Shown here: piece after piece, positions 6,794-15,522 of the stretch
How the letters are laid out: the number at the start of each line of letters is the position of its first letter
How positions within the stretch are numbered: the stretch's first letter is position 1
IMG/VR virus record: IMGVR_UViG_3300037692_000098
Location: 1-36,871 of that record
Reading direction: 5' to 3' (one strand)
From: a virus
Lineage: Duplodnaviria; Caudoviricetes
DNA length: 36,871 nucleotides
The notes under the pieces: model-generated
What the model saw: the letters and a program-made list of their open reading frames with translations, nothing else
Databases searched by the model: none
Told to the model about the DNA's origin: nothing
Made by a program: the position numbers and the translations under genes

Positions 6794-7194
6794 ACGTCGT
6801 TTGGTGGGAAGACCGAGCCGAACACCCGACCGCCGACTACGTAAAGCCGGGCACCTGCGCAGCATGTGGCGGCGATTGCGGGCAGTGCGGCGGGACAGGC
6901 GGCAGCGTCACGGAACGCCGATCTGACGGCTCCTGCTGCTTCGTCTGGCCGGCCGAGCAACGATTACCAACGGCGCTCTATCTTATTGCGCCGGACGGTA
7001 CACTCCGTCGGATCAAGACCTACGGCGATCTGGCTGACTATAACCGCGAATGCCATCGCGCGGCCAAGGGCTTTGCGTGGCTTGGCTGGCTCGGCATTGT
7101 CAGCCTCGCCATAGCCATTCTGGCGTTCCTCGTCCTATGGGGCACGGCCGTCTTCAAGATTTTGAGCTTCTCCATCACAGGACCCGGATCATGA
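6790..7194 (+). CDS. Cys-rich (CxxCxG) protein with C-terminal transmembrane helix
   Basis: ATG 6790 (ATGA overlap); CAACGGDCGQCGG; hydrophobic C-terminus. Confidence 0.7.
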   Translation: MNVVWWEDRAEHPTADYVKPGTCAACGGDCGQCGGTGGSVTERRSDGSCCFVWPAEQRLPTALYLIAPDGTLRRIKTYGDLADYNRECHRAAKGFAWLGWLGIVSLAIAILAFLVLWGTAVFKILSFSITGPGS

Positions 7195-8165
7195 GAGAGC
7201 AATTCGACTACGGACAGTTCCGCGCGGCTGGCCTTGAGACCGTCGAGAGCGCCAACGAGATCATCGCGGACTACCAACGGCAAGGGCTGACCCTCACGGT
7301 CAGGCAGCTTTACTACCGGTTCGTCGCCAAGGGCCTGATCCCGAACAACTTCCGGTCCTACAAGAACCTCGCCAACACCATCGACATCGGCCGCCGACGC
7401 GGGTTGATCGATTGGGCGGCCATCGAAGATCGCACGCGGAACCTCGAAAAGCCGAACGTCTGGCGAGACCCGGACCAGATCATCTCGGCCGTGGCCGAGC
7501 AATATCGAGAAGACTTGTGGAAGACCCAGCCGCGCTACATCGAAGTCTGGGTCGAAAAGGAAGCCCTCGTTGGCGTCATCGAGAGCGCCTGTGAAGAGCT
7601 TCGCGTCCCCTTCCTTGCCTGCCGGGGCTATCTGTCACAATCCGAAGCCTACGACGCGGGAAAGCGGTTCCAGTTGGTTTCTCGACAGGGGCGCAGCCCG
7701 CTTATCTTCCATCTCGGGGATCACGACCCGTCTGGTCTCGACATGACGCGCGACAATGCCGAACGCGTCCGGGAGTATTCTCGCGGAGCCGTCGAAGTCA
7801 TCCGACTAGCGCTCAATCGAGATCAGATCGACGAGTACGATCCGCCGCCCAATCCGGCCAAGGAAAGCGACAGCCGGTTCGACGCCTACCGAGAGGAACA
7901 TGGCGACGAGTCGTGGGAGTTGGACGCGCTCGAACCGTCCGTCCTGATCGATCTCATTCAGTCGGCCGTCCGGGAACAAATCGACGAGCCCTCGTGGGAC
8001 GCGGCCCGCGAAGCCGAAGAAGAGAACAAGCGCAGCCTCTCTGACGCCGCGCAGGACTGGTCGGCGGTCGCCCGCTACCTGAAATACCGGGACGAGGGCG
8101 TGACCGATGACGGCCCCGATCCGACGATTGAAGATCGCCTCGCCGAGTGTGAAGATCGAGACTGA
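7191..8165 (+). CDS. TopoVIA/Spo11-like winged-helix + TOPRIM protein
   Basis: LTVRQLYY, EVWVEKEAL, RGY.S, LGDHDPSG, RLAL..DQI, WELDAL motifs. Confidence 0.8.
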   Translation: MREQFDYGQFRAAGLETVESANEIIADYQRQGLTLTVRQLYYRFVAKGLIPNNFRSYKNLANTIDIGRRRGLIDWAAIEDRTRNLEKPNVWRDPDQIISAVAEQYREDLWKTQPRYIEVWVEKEALVGVIESACEELRVPFLACRGYLSQSEAYDAGKRFQLVSRQGRSPLIFHLGDHDPSGLDMTRDNAERVREYSRGAVEVIRLALNRDQIDEYDPPPNPAKESDSRFDAYREEHGDESWELDALEPSVLIDLIQSAVREQIDEPSWDAAREAEEENKRSLSDAAQDWSAVARYLKYRDEGVTDDGPDPTIEDRLAECEDRD

Positions 8166-8180
8166 AGCCGGAGAGATCGG

Positions 8181-8696
8181 ATGATCAACCTCATTGCCGC
8201 CGTCGGCCTGCATGGCGAGATCGGTTTCGAAGGTCGCATCCCGTGGCTGTCCGATCCGAACATCGCGAACGTGACCAAGGCCGATCTGGCGTGGTTCGCC
8301 AAGCAGACGGAGGACGACGTTTTGGTCGTCGGCGGCAGGACCTATTCCGAGATGCTGAACATGGGGTTCGACGCCCGGACTCGTGCCGTTTGGTGTTGGC
8401 ACCGGACCGAGACGCCCGTAGAGGTTATCGACACCATCGACCAGCGCTTTCCTGACAAGGCGATCTGGATTTGCGGGGGTGCCAAGACCTACGCGGCGTT
8501 CATGCCCTATGTTCAGCGCGCCTACATCAGCGTCATCCCGTGGTCCGGCCCGGCCGATACCTTCATGCCGCCGATCCTGAAGAATTGGGGCTACACTGGC
8601 GGCCCGGCCTTCCCGACCGGCCCGAGGTACTTCGGAGAACACGGGCCGACCATCGATTGGTCGGCCCGCCATCCACCGCCGCCGCCGAAAAGGTAA
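8181..8696 (+). CDS. folA: Dihydrofolate reductase
   Basis: LIAAV...IG..G.IPW, DLAWF...T, VVGGRTY, WICGGAKTY, ADTF motifs. Confidence 0.85.
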   Translation: MINLIAAVGLHGEIGFEGRIPWLSDPNIANVTKADLAWFAKQTEDDVLVVGGRTYSEMLNMGFDARTRAVWCWHRTETPVEVIDTIDQRFPDKAIWICGGAKTYAAFMPYVQRAYISVIPWSGPADTFMPPILKNWGYTGGPAFPTGPRYFGEHGPTIDWSARHPPPPPKR

Positions 8697-8699
8697 ATC

Positions 8700-8906
8700 A
8701 TGGAACCCGGCGCAAAGTGCATCTGCCAATACGACGACTGGTACAACGCCTTCGGCGACAAGAGCACGGCTCTCTTCTGCGGCATGCGGCTCACCGTCAA
8801 GGCCCGGAAGAACTTCTACGGCGCGCTCTTCGTCTCGTTCGAGGAAACCCCCGAGGACAACTTCTTCCAGATCGAAGGCTTCAAACCCATGAGGAACCTC
8901 AATTGA
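8700..8906 (+). CDS. Hypothetical protein
   Basis: AAGGT RBS, operonic. Confidence 0.7.
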   Translation: MEPGAKCICQYDDWYNAFGDKSTALFCGMRLTVKARKNFYGALFVSFEETPEDNFFQIEGFKPMRNLN

Positions 8907-9235
8907 CCGATCTCGACGGCCTCGAACTGCTTCGCTCTTCCTATGAGAGCCGGAAGGCCACCGCGAAGACGGCGCAGGATCAGGCGGATATCGCCAGAGC
9001 CGAATACGAAAAGGCCCTCGAACCGCTGATAAAGGGCCATATCGTCGAGTACACCGAGGGGTTCCACCAGAAGCGGAAAGTCCGGTTCGTCGTCGAGCGC
9101 GTCTACGTCCATGCCATCAGCGGCCGGCATATCACCGTGACTGGCGAACGTGGCTCGCGGCTCCATGTAGTCGGCGAATGGCGGGGCAAACTAACCGCCC
9201 AGACCATCACCGATCTCGGGCCGTTCCAGCCGTGA
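8903..9235 (+). CDS. Hypothetical protein (TTG start)
   Basis: GAGGAA RBS, TTGA overlap; C-terminal part of ORF 8471..9235. Confidence 0.65.
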   Translation: MTDLDGLELLRSSYESRKATAKTAQDQADIARAEYEKALEPLIKGHIVEYTEGFHQKRKVRFVVERVYVHAISGRHITVTGERGSRLHVVGEWRGKLTAQTITDLGPFQP

Positions 9236-9459
9236 ACATCGTCGGGAATTTCGTCAAGGACGCGAAAGTAACCGATGGGCTTTTGGTCGCCCTTCGCAAC
9301 GGCTATCTGCTATGGGCCGGACCGGTGACGAAAACTCCGCTGGATTCCTTCCCGGAAGGAACCGACCTACACGTTCACCCGGCGCTCTACGACCGGATCG
9401 AGACGACCGCCGCCGCAACCGGAGAAGGAATCCCCCATGACCCTCAAGCGAGTTCCTGA
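9232..9459 (+). CDS. Hypothetical protein (GTG start)
   Basis: GTGA overlap. Confidence 0.6.
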   Translation: MNIVGNFVKDAKVTDGLLVALRNGYLLWAGPVTKTPLDSFPEGTDLHVHPALYDRIETTAAATGEGIPHDPQASS

Positions 9460-9763
9460 ATCCATCGCCCGCAAGATGGGCGACCCAACCGCCATCAGCC
9501 AAGCCCGCAAGGACGGTCGTCCGCAGTATTACGACATCTTCCCCGGCGATATCTGCCAATGCTACCTGTGCCTGAAGGAAGGGAAGACGGACCAGTACCC
9601 ACGCGGGTCCGGGTTCATGGCCGATCCCGGCAATAGTCCGGAGGACGACGGCGGCGTCTACACGATCTGCTTCATGCACCTGCCTGAGAACGCGGTCATC
9701 CACGACCCCGTAGTCAACATGACCCGGACCAAAGACGGGCAGAACAACTGGCGCGAACAATGA
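9437..9763 (+). CDS. Hypothetical protein, possibly Zn-binding
   Basis: AAGGA RBS; CxxC...CxxH. Confidence 0.75.
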   Translation: MTLKRVPESIARKMGDPTAISQARKDGRPQYYDIFPGDICQCYLCLKEGKTDQYPRGSGFMADPGNSPEDDGGVYTICFMHLPENAVIHDPVVNMTRTKDGQNNWREQ

Positions 9764-10407
9764 GGAACCCGACCATGCTTGACACCACACCGATCTACAC
9801 CACCATCGTCTTCGCGCCGGCCGGCTCCGGCAAGAGCAAGAACGCCGAGGCCATGGAAGCCGCCTACGGGCTCTCCGGGATCATCCCGAAATGGTCGGGC
9901 GATCCTAAGAAGCTCAAGAAAGGTGCGCTCCACCTGACTACCAAGCGCCCCGAGAAAACCCGGACGGCCTTGGAGAAGATCGTCGGCTTCCCGCTCCGGA
10001 TCGTCTCGCTCCGGGTGGCGGAAGAGATGGTCAAGATCAACGGTGGCGCGTGGGTCGTCCCGGTCCCGGATCGTCTTTGCGTCGATCCGCGCAGTTCGTT
10101 TTTCAATTCGGTCTTCAAACGGATCGCAGTCCGGTTCGACGGCGAACTCCGTAAAGGCGATGTTCACGAGTACTGCATCAGCGAGGGTTGGATCATGGTG
10201 CGCACGCCGGGCGAAGGTAACCGGTGGAAGATCGAGAACGGCGAGTACGTCTTGACCAAGCTCAAAGGTCGCGTCCAGCCGTTCGTCAAGCCAACCTCGT
10301 ATTATTCGCGCGCGGTTCCGACCACGACCGATGTCGAGCGGATCGCGGCGGCCGAGGACAAGCGCGCCCGGAAAGCTGCAAAGCTTGCTGAACGAGGTCG
10401 CTTGTGA
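9760..10407 (+). CDS. P-loop domain fused to DUF3297-like domain
   Basis: APAGSGKS Walker A; PDRL.VDPRS.FF...VRF.G...V.EYCISEGW is DUF3297-like; start may be the ATG at 9775. Confidence 0.65.
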   Translation: MRNPTMLDTTPIYTTIVFAPAGSGKSKNAEAMEAAYGLSGIIPKWSGDPKKLKKGALHLTTKRPEKTRTALEKIVGFPLRIVSLRVAEEMVKINGGAWVVPVPDRLCVDPRSSFFNSVFKRIAVRFDGELRKGDVHEYCISEGWIMVRTPGEGNRWKIENGEYVLTKLKGRVQPFVKPTSYYSRAVPTTTDVERIAAAEDKRARKAAKLAERGRL

Positions 10408-10622
10408 CGACCAAACAACAGGTCATCGACGCCCACCGGAAACACCCGGATTGGGACGACCTGATGATCGCGCTCGTCCTCGGGTGTGAGGACGAGTACG
10501 TCCGCGCCACGGCTCAACGAAATAGCCTGATCTTGCCAAGTCGATGGCGGCGAGCCGTGCTTGGTGAAACCTTCCGGGGACCGAATGGTGAAGTCCTCGT
10601 TGCGACGGAGAGACTGGAATGA
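10404..10622 (+). CDS. Hypothetical protein, possible HTH
   Basis: GTGA overlap; HPDW...IA..LGC..EYVR pattern. Confidence 0.65.
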   Translation: MTTKQQVIDAHRKHPDWDDLMIALVLGCEDEYVRATAQRNSLILPSRWRRAVLGETFRGPNGEVLVATERLE

Positions 10623-10915
10623 CCGAGTATTGTCACTGCGGGAGCGTAGAAGAGGCGGCGAAAGCGGCCGAAAAGCTCTTCGTTCAGATCGCGGGTACGG
10701 ACTGCCCGGTCTGGGCATTCCAGATCGCAGTCATCTTTCGGCGTCTGTGTATCAACAACCTCGCGGATGCCGAGCTTACCCGGTCGAACCTCAAAGACCT
10801 CGCGAACATGATACTCCTAGACGCGGAGCCGCACCTGCTGCCCACAGACGAGCTTACAGCGCAAACATTGGCCCGCCGGACGGAACTGTACGGCGAAGAC
10901 CATTGCCACGGCTGA
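10619..10915 (+). CDS. Hypothetical protein
   Basis: ATGA overlap. Confidence 0.65.
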   Translation: MTEYCHCGSVEEAAKAAEKLFVQIAGTDCPVWAFQIAVIFRRLCINNLADAELTRSNLKDLANMILLDAEPHLLPTDELTAQTLARRTELYGEDHCHG

Positions 10916-10945
10916 CGGCCGTCTGAGAAGGAAGGGTGTACACGA

Positions 10946-11272
10946 ATGCCTGAAAACCCCAAGGTCCCGCCAGATGACTTTACGCTGGGTAGCCTTTTGG
11001 CAATCAAAGCGGCGGCGCATTGGATACGAGAACAAGGCACGAACGACCTCGCCGTCGCCTTGGAGCGCGAATGGGACGCCGGAATCGTCGGTGAGATGTA
11101 CTTAGCGAAGATTCGGCAGGAACAATCCGTACGCACCGTCGAAACCCGAGGGACGGCCGTGGCTAAGGGTTACACGGGCGACGAGTGTTCCAATTGCGGC
11201 GGCATGCACATGCGCATCTCCGGCCACTGTATGGTCTGCGAAGACTGCGGCGAGACGACGGGGTGCTCATGA
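10946..11272 (+). CDS. Small protein ending in an NrdJ-like C-terminal Zn ribbon
   Basis: KGYTGDECSNCG...R.SG.C..C..CG.TTGCS* resembles the extreme C-terminus of class II ribonucleotide reductases. Confidence 0.7.
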   Translation: MPENPKVPPDDFTLGSLLAIKAAAHWIREQGTNDLAVALEREWDAGIVGEMYLAKIRQEQSVRTVETRGTAVAKGYTGDECSNCGGMHMRISGHCMVCEDCGETTGCS

Positions 11273-11937
11273 GCCTCACGAACCTTGAATTGATCTGGCG
11301 CGAGGCGGATGCCACCGACCTGTCCGAAGGTCGGCGGGCTTATCGGATGTATCACGACACCCTTCAGGACTTCGCCGAACACTTCGAGCAGCCCTTTGAC
11401 CGAGTCGTCGCCGCGTTCGTCTCGCTCAGCCCAAACGCCGACTACATAGGCAACATGCGGTCGCTGGTTTCTCTGCTGCAAGGCGTCCGTAATGATGCTC
11501 CGGTCGAGACGATCACGGTCTCGACCTACAAGCACTGCCGGGACCGCGCCCACGGTTATCTTATCGGGGCCGCGACGTTTGTCTCGAAGACACGTGGCCT
11601 CAAGGTGCTGTCCTTCTACCGGAATATCCTCAATCCCGAGGACCCCGAGCCCGTGACCGTCGATGGACACATGGTTTGTTGCTGGGAGAACAAAAACGTT
11701 CCGATGAAACAGGCGCTCGTCAAGTCTCGAAGCCACTACCGAGAGATCGCAGATGGCATTCGGCATTTTGGCGCGATCCGAGGGCTCTTGGGAAATCAGG
11801 TCCAAGCGACACTGTGGTTCACCCGAAAGCGGGTCTTTCGGGTGAAGTACACCCCGCAACTCGACATCTTCTGCGACCCGGCGGACATATGGAAAATCCG
11901 CATGGACCCGAGAACGACGAGGCCCTATGGCACATGA
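11269..11937 (+). CDS. HhH-GPD DNA glycosylase-like phage protein
   Basis: AAF..LSP, G.KV.SFYRNI, VTVDGH, Y..IA....QA..W motifs. Confidence 0.6.
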   Translation: MSLTNLELIWREADATDLSEGRRAYRMYHDTLQDFAEHFEQPFDRVVAAFVSLSPNADYIGNMRSLVSLLQGVRNDAPVETITVSTYKHCRDRAHGYLIGAATFVSKTRGLKVLSFYRNILNPEDPEPVTVDGHMVCCWENKNVPMKQALVKSRSHYREIADGIRHFGAIRGLLGNQVQATLWFTRKRVFRVKYTPQLDIFCDPADIWKIRMDPRTTRPYGT

Positions 11938-12461
11938 AGTTCATCGCCCTGAACCACGGGTATTCGACCAAGGTATCGGATGTCGATTACGACTGGCTGA
12001 TGACCTACTGCTGGCGAGCCGACACCCACACGGCGAGCGGAAAACCCTATGTTTGTACGACCGTCACGCTGGAAGACGGCAAACGGACGACGGTCTACAT
12101 GCACCGGCTGATTACCGACTGCCCGATGGAGTACCGAGTCGACCATTGGGATCGAGACACGCTCAACAATCAGCGGCCGAACCTGCGGATCACCAACTTC
12201 GACGGCAACCACGCGAACCGTGCGGGCTGGGGGAGAGCCGGGTACAAAGGCGTGACCCGGCGCGGCCGGCGTTGGAGGGCGCGGATAACGTTGTCCGGGG
12301 TCGAAAAGCATCTCGGCTATTTCGACTCTGCCGTGGCCGCCGCACTGGCCTACGACGAGGCCGCCGTCGAACGCTTTGGCGAGTTCGCCTATCTGAATTT
12401 CCCTGAGAACTACCAGACAGCCATCCCGGACTACGACATCCCTGATGACATACCCTTCTAG
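11934..12461 (+). CDS. HNH-AP2 homing endonuclease
   Basis: MHRLI...VDH.DRD.LNN...NLR (HNH) plus YKGV...WRA.I...HLGYF....AA.AYD.AA...FGEFA.LNFP (AP2). Confidence 0.9.
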   Translation: MKFIALNHGYSTKVSDVDYDWLMTYCWRADTHTASGKPYVCTTVTLEDGKRTTVYMHRLITDCPMEYRVDHWDRDTLNNQRPNLRITNFDGNHANRAGWGRAGYKGVTRRGRRWRARITLSGVEKHLGYFDSAVAAALAYDEAAVERFGEFAYLNFPENYQTAIPDYDIPDDIPF

Positions 12462-12471
12462 GAGCAAGACC

Positions 12472-13038
12472 ATGACCACCCATCCTGACCTACGCAGCGC
12501 GAACATCGCCCGGCAAGCCGAGTGGGACGCCGCCGGCCTCGTTAACAATACTGGCCACCGCATGAATGAACTGGCCGGCGAGATCGGCGAATTCTGCAAC
12601 GTGATCAAGAAATTCCGCCGGGCTGAACTCGACATTCCCGGTTCTCGGGCCGACCTCGAAATGTACACCGACGAACTCGGTGACGTGGTGATCTGTCTCG
12701 ATCTGCTGCTGATGACCCTCGGCGAGCGCTCGGCGGCACCTGACATCCCGAGCCTTCAAGCGTTCAATCCGGAGATCGCCATCGGCGACTCTGGCGTTGG
12801 TCTCCGCATCTTCCAAACGGCCGGCCTGCTGTTCACCGCCGTCGAGCTATACGAAGCCAGCCGACGTATTAGTATAGGTCTCTCGGCCTTCCACCGACGC
12901 ATCCTCATGCACGCGGAAACGATCATGACGACCTGCTACATGGCGGCTATGATCGCCAAGGTCGATCTTCCCCGCGCGGTGGCGGATAAGTTCAACAAGA
13001 CGAGTCGTATTCGCGGGTTCGACACCTTGCTCCGATAG
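12472..13038 (+). CDS. MazG-like NTP pyrophosphohydrolase
   Basis: NELAGEIGEFCNVIKK...DELGDVVI, C-terminal DL..AV..KFNKTS; GGAG RBS. Confidence 0.8.
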   Translation: MTTHPDLRSANIARQAEWDAAGLVNNTGHRMNELAGEIGEFCNVIKKFRRAELDIPGSRADLEMYTDELGDVVICLDLLLMTLGERSAAPDIPSLQAFNPEIAIGDSGVGLRIFQTAGLLFTAVELYEASRRISIGLSAFHRRILMHAETIMTTCYMAAMIAKVDLPRAVADKFNKTSRIRGFDTLLR

Positions 13039-13039
13039 C

Positions 13040-13068
13040 CTTGACTGCCAACCACTGGTAGCCTATAT
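13040..13068 (+). promoter_or_regulatory. Sigma70-type promoter
   Basis: Exact CTTGAC-N17-CTATAT, intergenic. Confidence 0.85.
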
Positions 13069-13102
13069 CTCACGGCACAAACGACCACGAAAGGGATCAC
13101 GA

Positions 13103-13720
13103 ATGGCACGGCCCGTACACCGCACGGCTCGCAAGGATTACCCGGACAGCGGGATCGCCAAGGGAGACCAATACTGGTACGTGAAGATCAAGACCGGGCC
13201 GCGCTCGTCGCGCGTCATGCGGTCGAAGACTCCGTTCCGGCGGTCGCAACTCACGCAGTCCGACTACCTGTCGCAACTCTACGATTGGGAGGACGGCAAG
13301 GCCGCGATCTCGTCCATGGATGAAACGCAGGAGTTCGCCGACACCATTCGGACTCTTGGTGAAGAGCAAGGCGAAAAGCTCGACAACACGCCCGAGGGGC
13401 TTCAGCAAGGCGACAGCGGTCAGATGCTGGAAGCCCGCCGCGACGCCTGCGAAGCCGCCGCCGGAGAGATCGAAGAGATCGTCTCGGAATGGGAGTCCGC
13501 CAAGGACGCGTGGGAATCCGAAATCGAGACCTATAAAGCCAATCTGGAAGACTACCGCGAACAGGAGCGCAAGATCGACGCGGAAGAAGATCGCTCGGAA
13601 GACGAGGAACTGACCGAGCCGGACTTGCCGGATCACACGCTCGATAACGGCGACGACGCCTACGAGTTCGATGACGACGAGTTCCTTGATCGCGTTAGGG
13701 ACGTGTCGGTCGATGACTAG
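13103..13720 (+). CDS. Hypothetical protein with basic N-terminus and very acidic C-terminus
   Basis: AAGGGA RBS directly after a promoter. Confidence 0.8.
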   Translation: MARPVHRTARKDYPDSGIAKGDQYWYVKIKTGPRSSRVMRSKTPFRRSQLTQSDYLSQLYDWEDGKAAISSMDETQEFADTIRTLGEEQGEKLDNTPEGLQQGDSGQMLEARRDACEAAAGEIEEIVSEWESAKDAWESEIETYKANLEDYREQERKIDAEEDRSEDEELTEPDLPDHTLDNGDDAYEFDDDEFLDRVRDVSVDD

Positions 13721-14084
13721 GTCTGAACTGACTCCCCTGTCGTTGGATCAGGCCGCCGTCGAATGGCAGCGGTGCGTGATCCAGCGGCATCCCCACGTTC
13801 GCGTGCAGGACGCGCGTCGAGCCGTCACGACCGTCATCCAGCGGGCTCGCATCCTGTCGGCCGTAAACAAGCTGAACTTCCCCGAGGTCGCTGCGTTCCT
13901 GCTTGACCGCTCGCTCTCGTGGGCACTCGACGGAAAGCGCATGGACAAGATAGAAGCGGACCTGCCAAAAACCCTCGGCGATCTGGGTATGCTCAAGATC
14001 GTCGAGGGCGGCAAGGACGGCGAACCGCTCGAAATGTCCGAACTCAAACGGGCGCTCGCCGTCCCCAAATTCCGCTTGAACTGA
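13713..14084 (+). CDS. Hypothetical protein
   Basis: Operonic; start uncertain. Confidence 0.6.
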   Translation: MTRSELTPLSLDQAAVEWQRCVIQRHPHVRVQDARRAVTTVIQRARILSAVNKLNFPEVAAFLLDRSLSWALDGKRMDKIEADLPKTLGDLGMLKIVEGGKDGEPLEMSELKRALAVPKFRLN

Positions 14085-14337
14085 GAGGAACCCATGCCGG
14101 GACCGGTAAGCGACAGCTTCAAAGGAAAAGCCGCCCACGCGCCATATGTTCCGTCGTGGTGCTATCCAAACGACAGCCCGAAAATGTGCCCATGTGGCCA
14201 CCACGAGGGCTACCATAACGACGCAGGAGAATGCCTACACGCCAAGGGTGAGAATGATCGCCCGGCCTGCGGCTGTACAGGTCTCCCGGCCGACTGCCGA
14301 ACCCCAGACACCGACTTCTAACTGAGAGGAACCCATG
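14079..14337 (+). repeat. 18-bp direct repeat AACTGAGAGGAACCCATG (14079-14096 and 14320-14337)
   Basis: Identical copies containing RBS and ATG flank gene 14094..14321. Confidence 0.85.
14094..14321 (+). CDS. Small Cys/His-rich protein
   Basis: GAGGA RBS; CPCGH....H.....C...CGC. Confidence 0.75.
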   Translation: MPGPVSDSFKGKAAHAPYVPSWCYPNDSPKMCPCGHHEGYHNDAGECLHAKGENDRPACGCTGLPADCRTPDTDF

Positions 14338-15006
14338 ACCCTATTCGCCGCCCAAGAGGGCACCTTTCTGATCGAGCGCGATCCGGCCAAGCCAACGGAC
14401 GTGACGCGCATTCCGGTCATCGGCTGGCAACATATCCAAGGCAATATCGCCTTCCCGGTATGCGTCATCAACCACGGCGGGTTGACCCACAACAAAGCGA
14501 TCTTGCACCCCGAGGGGTTTGTGACCGACCCGGTTCACGGGCTCGTCTGCGGATCGCTCGACGAGTGGCTGAATTTCATGAGGACCGCCAAGAGCACCGA
14601 CAAGGTTCTCAATCCGCCCTCGCCGGCCGACATCCTTGAACGCGTGTCGGTTCCACCGGAGGTAACTGACGAACGCATGGCGGCCGAGCGGAAACGGCAA
14701 GCCAGCCTCATGCCTGATCTGGATCAGGACGAGAAGAGCAAGCCCGGCCCGGCCCCCAAACCGAAGGCCGCGCCGGACGCCGACATTACCTTCGGCACCA
14801 AGAGCTTCAAGACCAAGAGCTTCTGGCAATGCGAAGCCGGCGTCTTCACCATCGACGGCGGCGAGGTCTACCCGAAGGACTCGAAATGCACCAAGGTCAC
14901 GCGCAACGAGTACGACGACGCACGTCGGGCTGGTGCTAAGGTTATCGATCCGCACGCCGCACCCGAGCCGGGTGACGACGAGGACGACGGAATGGATATG
15001 ATCTGA
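14335..15006 (+). CDS. Hypothetical protein
   Basis: GAGGA RBS; acidic tail ending DMI. Confidence 0.8.
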   Translation: MTLFAAQEGTFLIERDPAKPTDVTRIPVIGWQHIQGNIAFPVCVINHGGLTHNKAILHPEGFVTDPVHGLVCGSLDEWLNFMRTAKSTDKVLNPPSPADILERVSVPPEVTDERMAAERKRQASLMPDLDQDEKSKPGPAPKPKAAPDADITFGTKSFKTKSFWQCEAGVFTIDGGEVYPKDSKCTKVTRNEYDDARRAGAKVIDPHAAPEPGDDEDDGMDMI

Positions 15007-15329
15007 TGGCTAAGCATGATGATGATGACGATCTGGTCGGCAATGGCGGCCTTGGCGGCGGAAACCGCAGTGGAGTCGCGCGGGATCAACTGCGCGCCTT
15101 CGTCGAACGTATCGAGCGATTGGAGGAAGAGAAAAAGGCCATCGCCGACGACATCAAGGAAATCTACGCCGAGGCGAAGGGCAACGGGTTCGACACCAAG
15201 GTTCTGCGGCAAGTGATCCGTATCCGGAAGCAGGATCAGGCCGAGCGCGCCGAACAAGAGGCCATTCTCGACCTCTACCTGCACGCGCTTGGCATGGTGG
15301 GCCACTCCGATGACGACGACGAAGAGTAA
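15006..15329 (+). CDS. gapR: GapR/DUF2312 (UPF0335) nucleoid-associated protein homolog
   Basis: [49 protein letters not shown]...EAILDLY..ALGM. Confidence 0.92.
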   Translation: MAKHDDDDDLVGNGGLGGGNRSGVARDQLRAFVERIERLEEEKKAIADDIKEIYAEAKGNGFDTKVLRQVIRIRKQDQAERAEQEAILDLYLHALGMVGHSDDDDEE

Positions 15330-15522
15330 CCGCACGCTGAACCTCGGCTCGCTCATGGTGACAGTCCACCCTAACGGCCTTGTTACCCTGAGCCTGCCGG
15401 TGATCCGCAACGGAAAAGCGGTGTCAGTGGTCTCGGGCGAAACCATCCGGCAAATCGCCGAGTTCGTCGGCGCTCCGGAAACCGAGGACGAGGACTACGA
15501 CGACGCTTTGGACCTGATCTGA
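15310..15522 (+). CDS. Hypothetical protein
   Basis: Fills the operon gap; start uncertain; ends DDALDLI. Confidence 0.6.
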   Translation: MTTTKSNRTLNLGSLMVTVHPNGLVTLSLPVIRNGKAVSVVSGETIRQIAEFVGAPETEDEDYDDALDLI

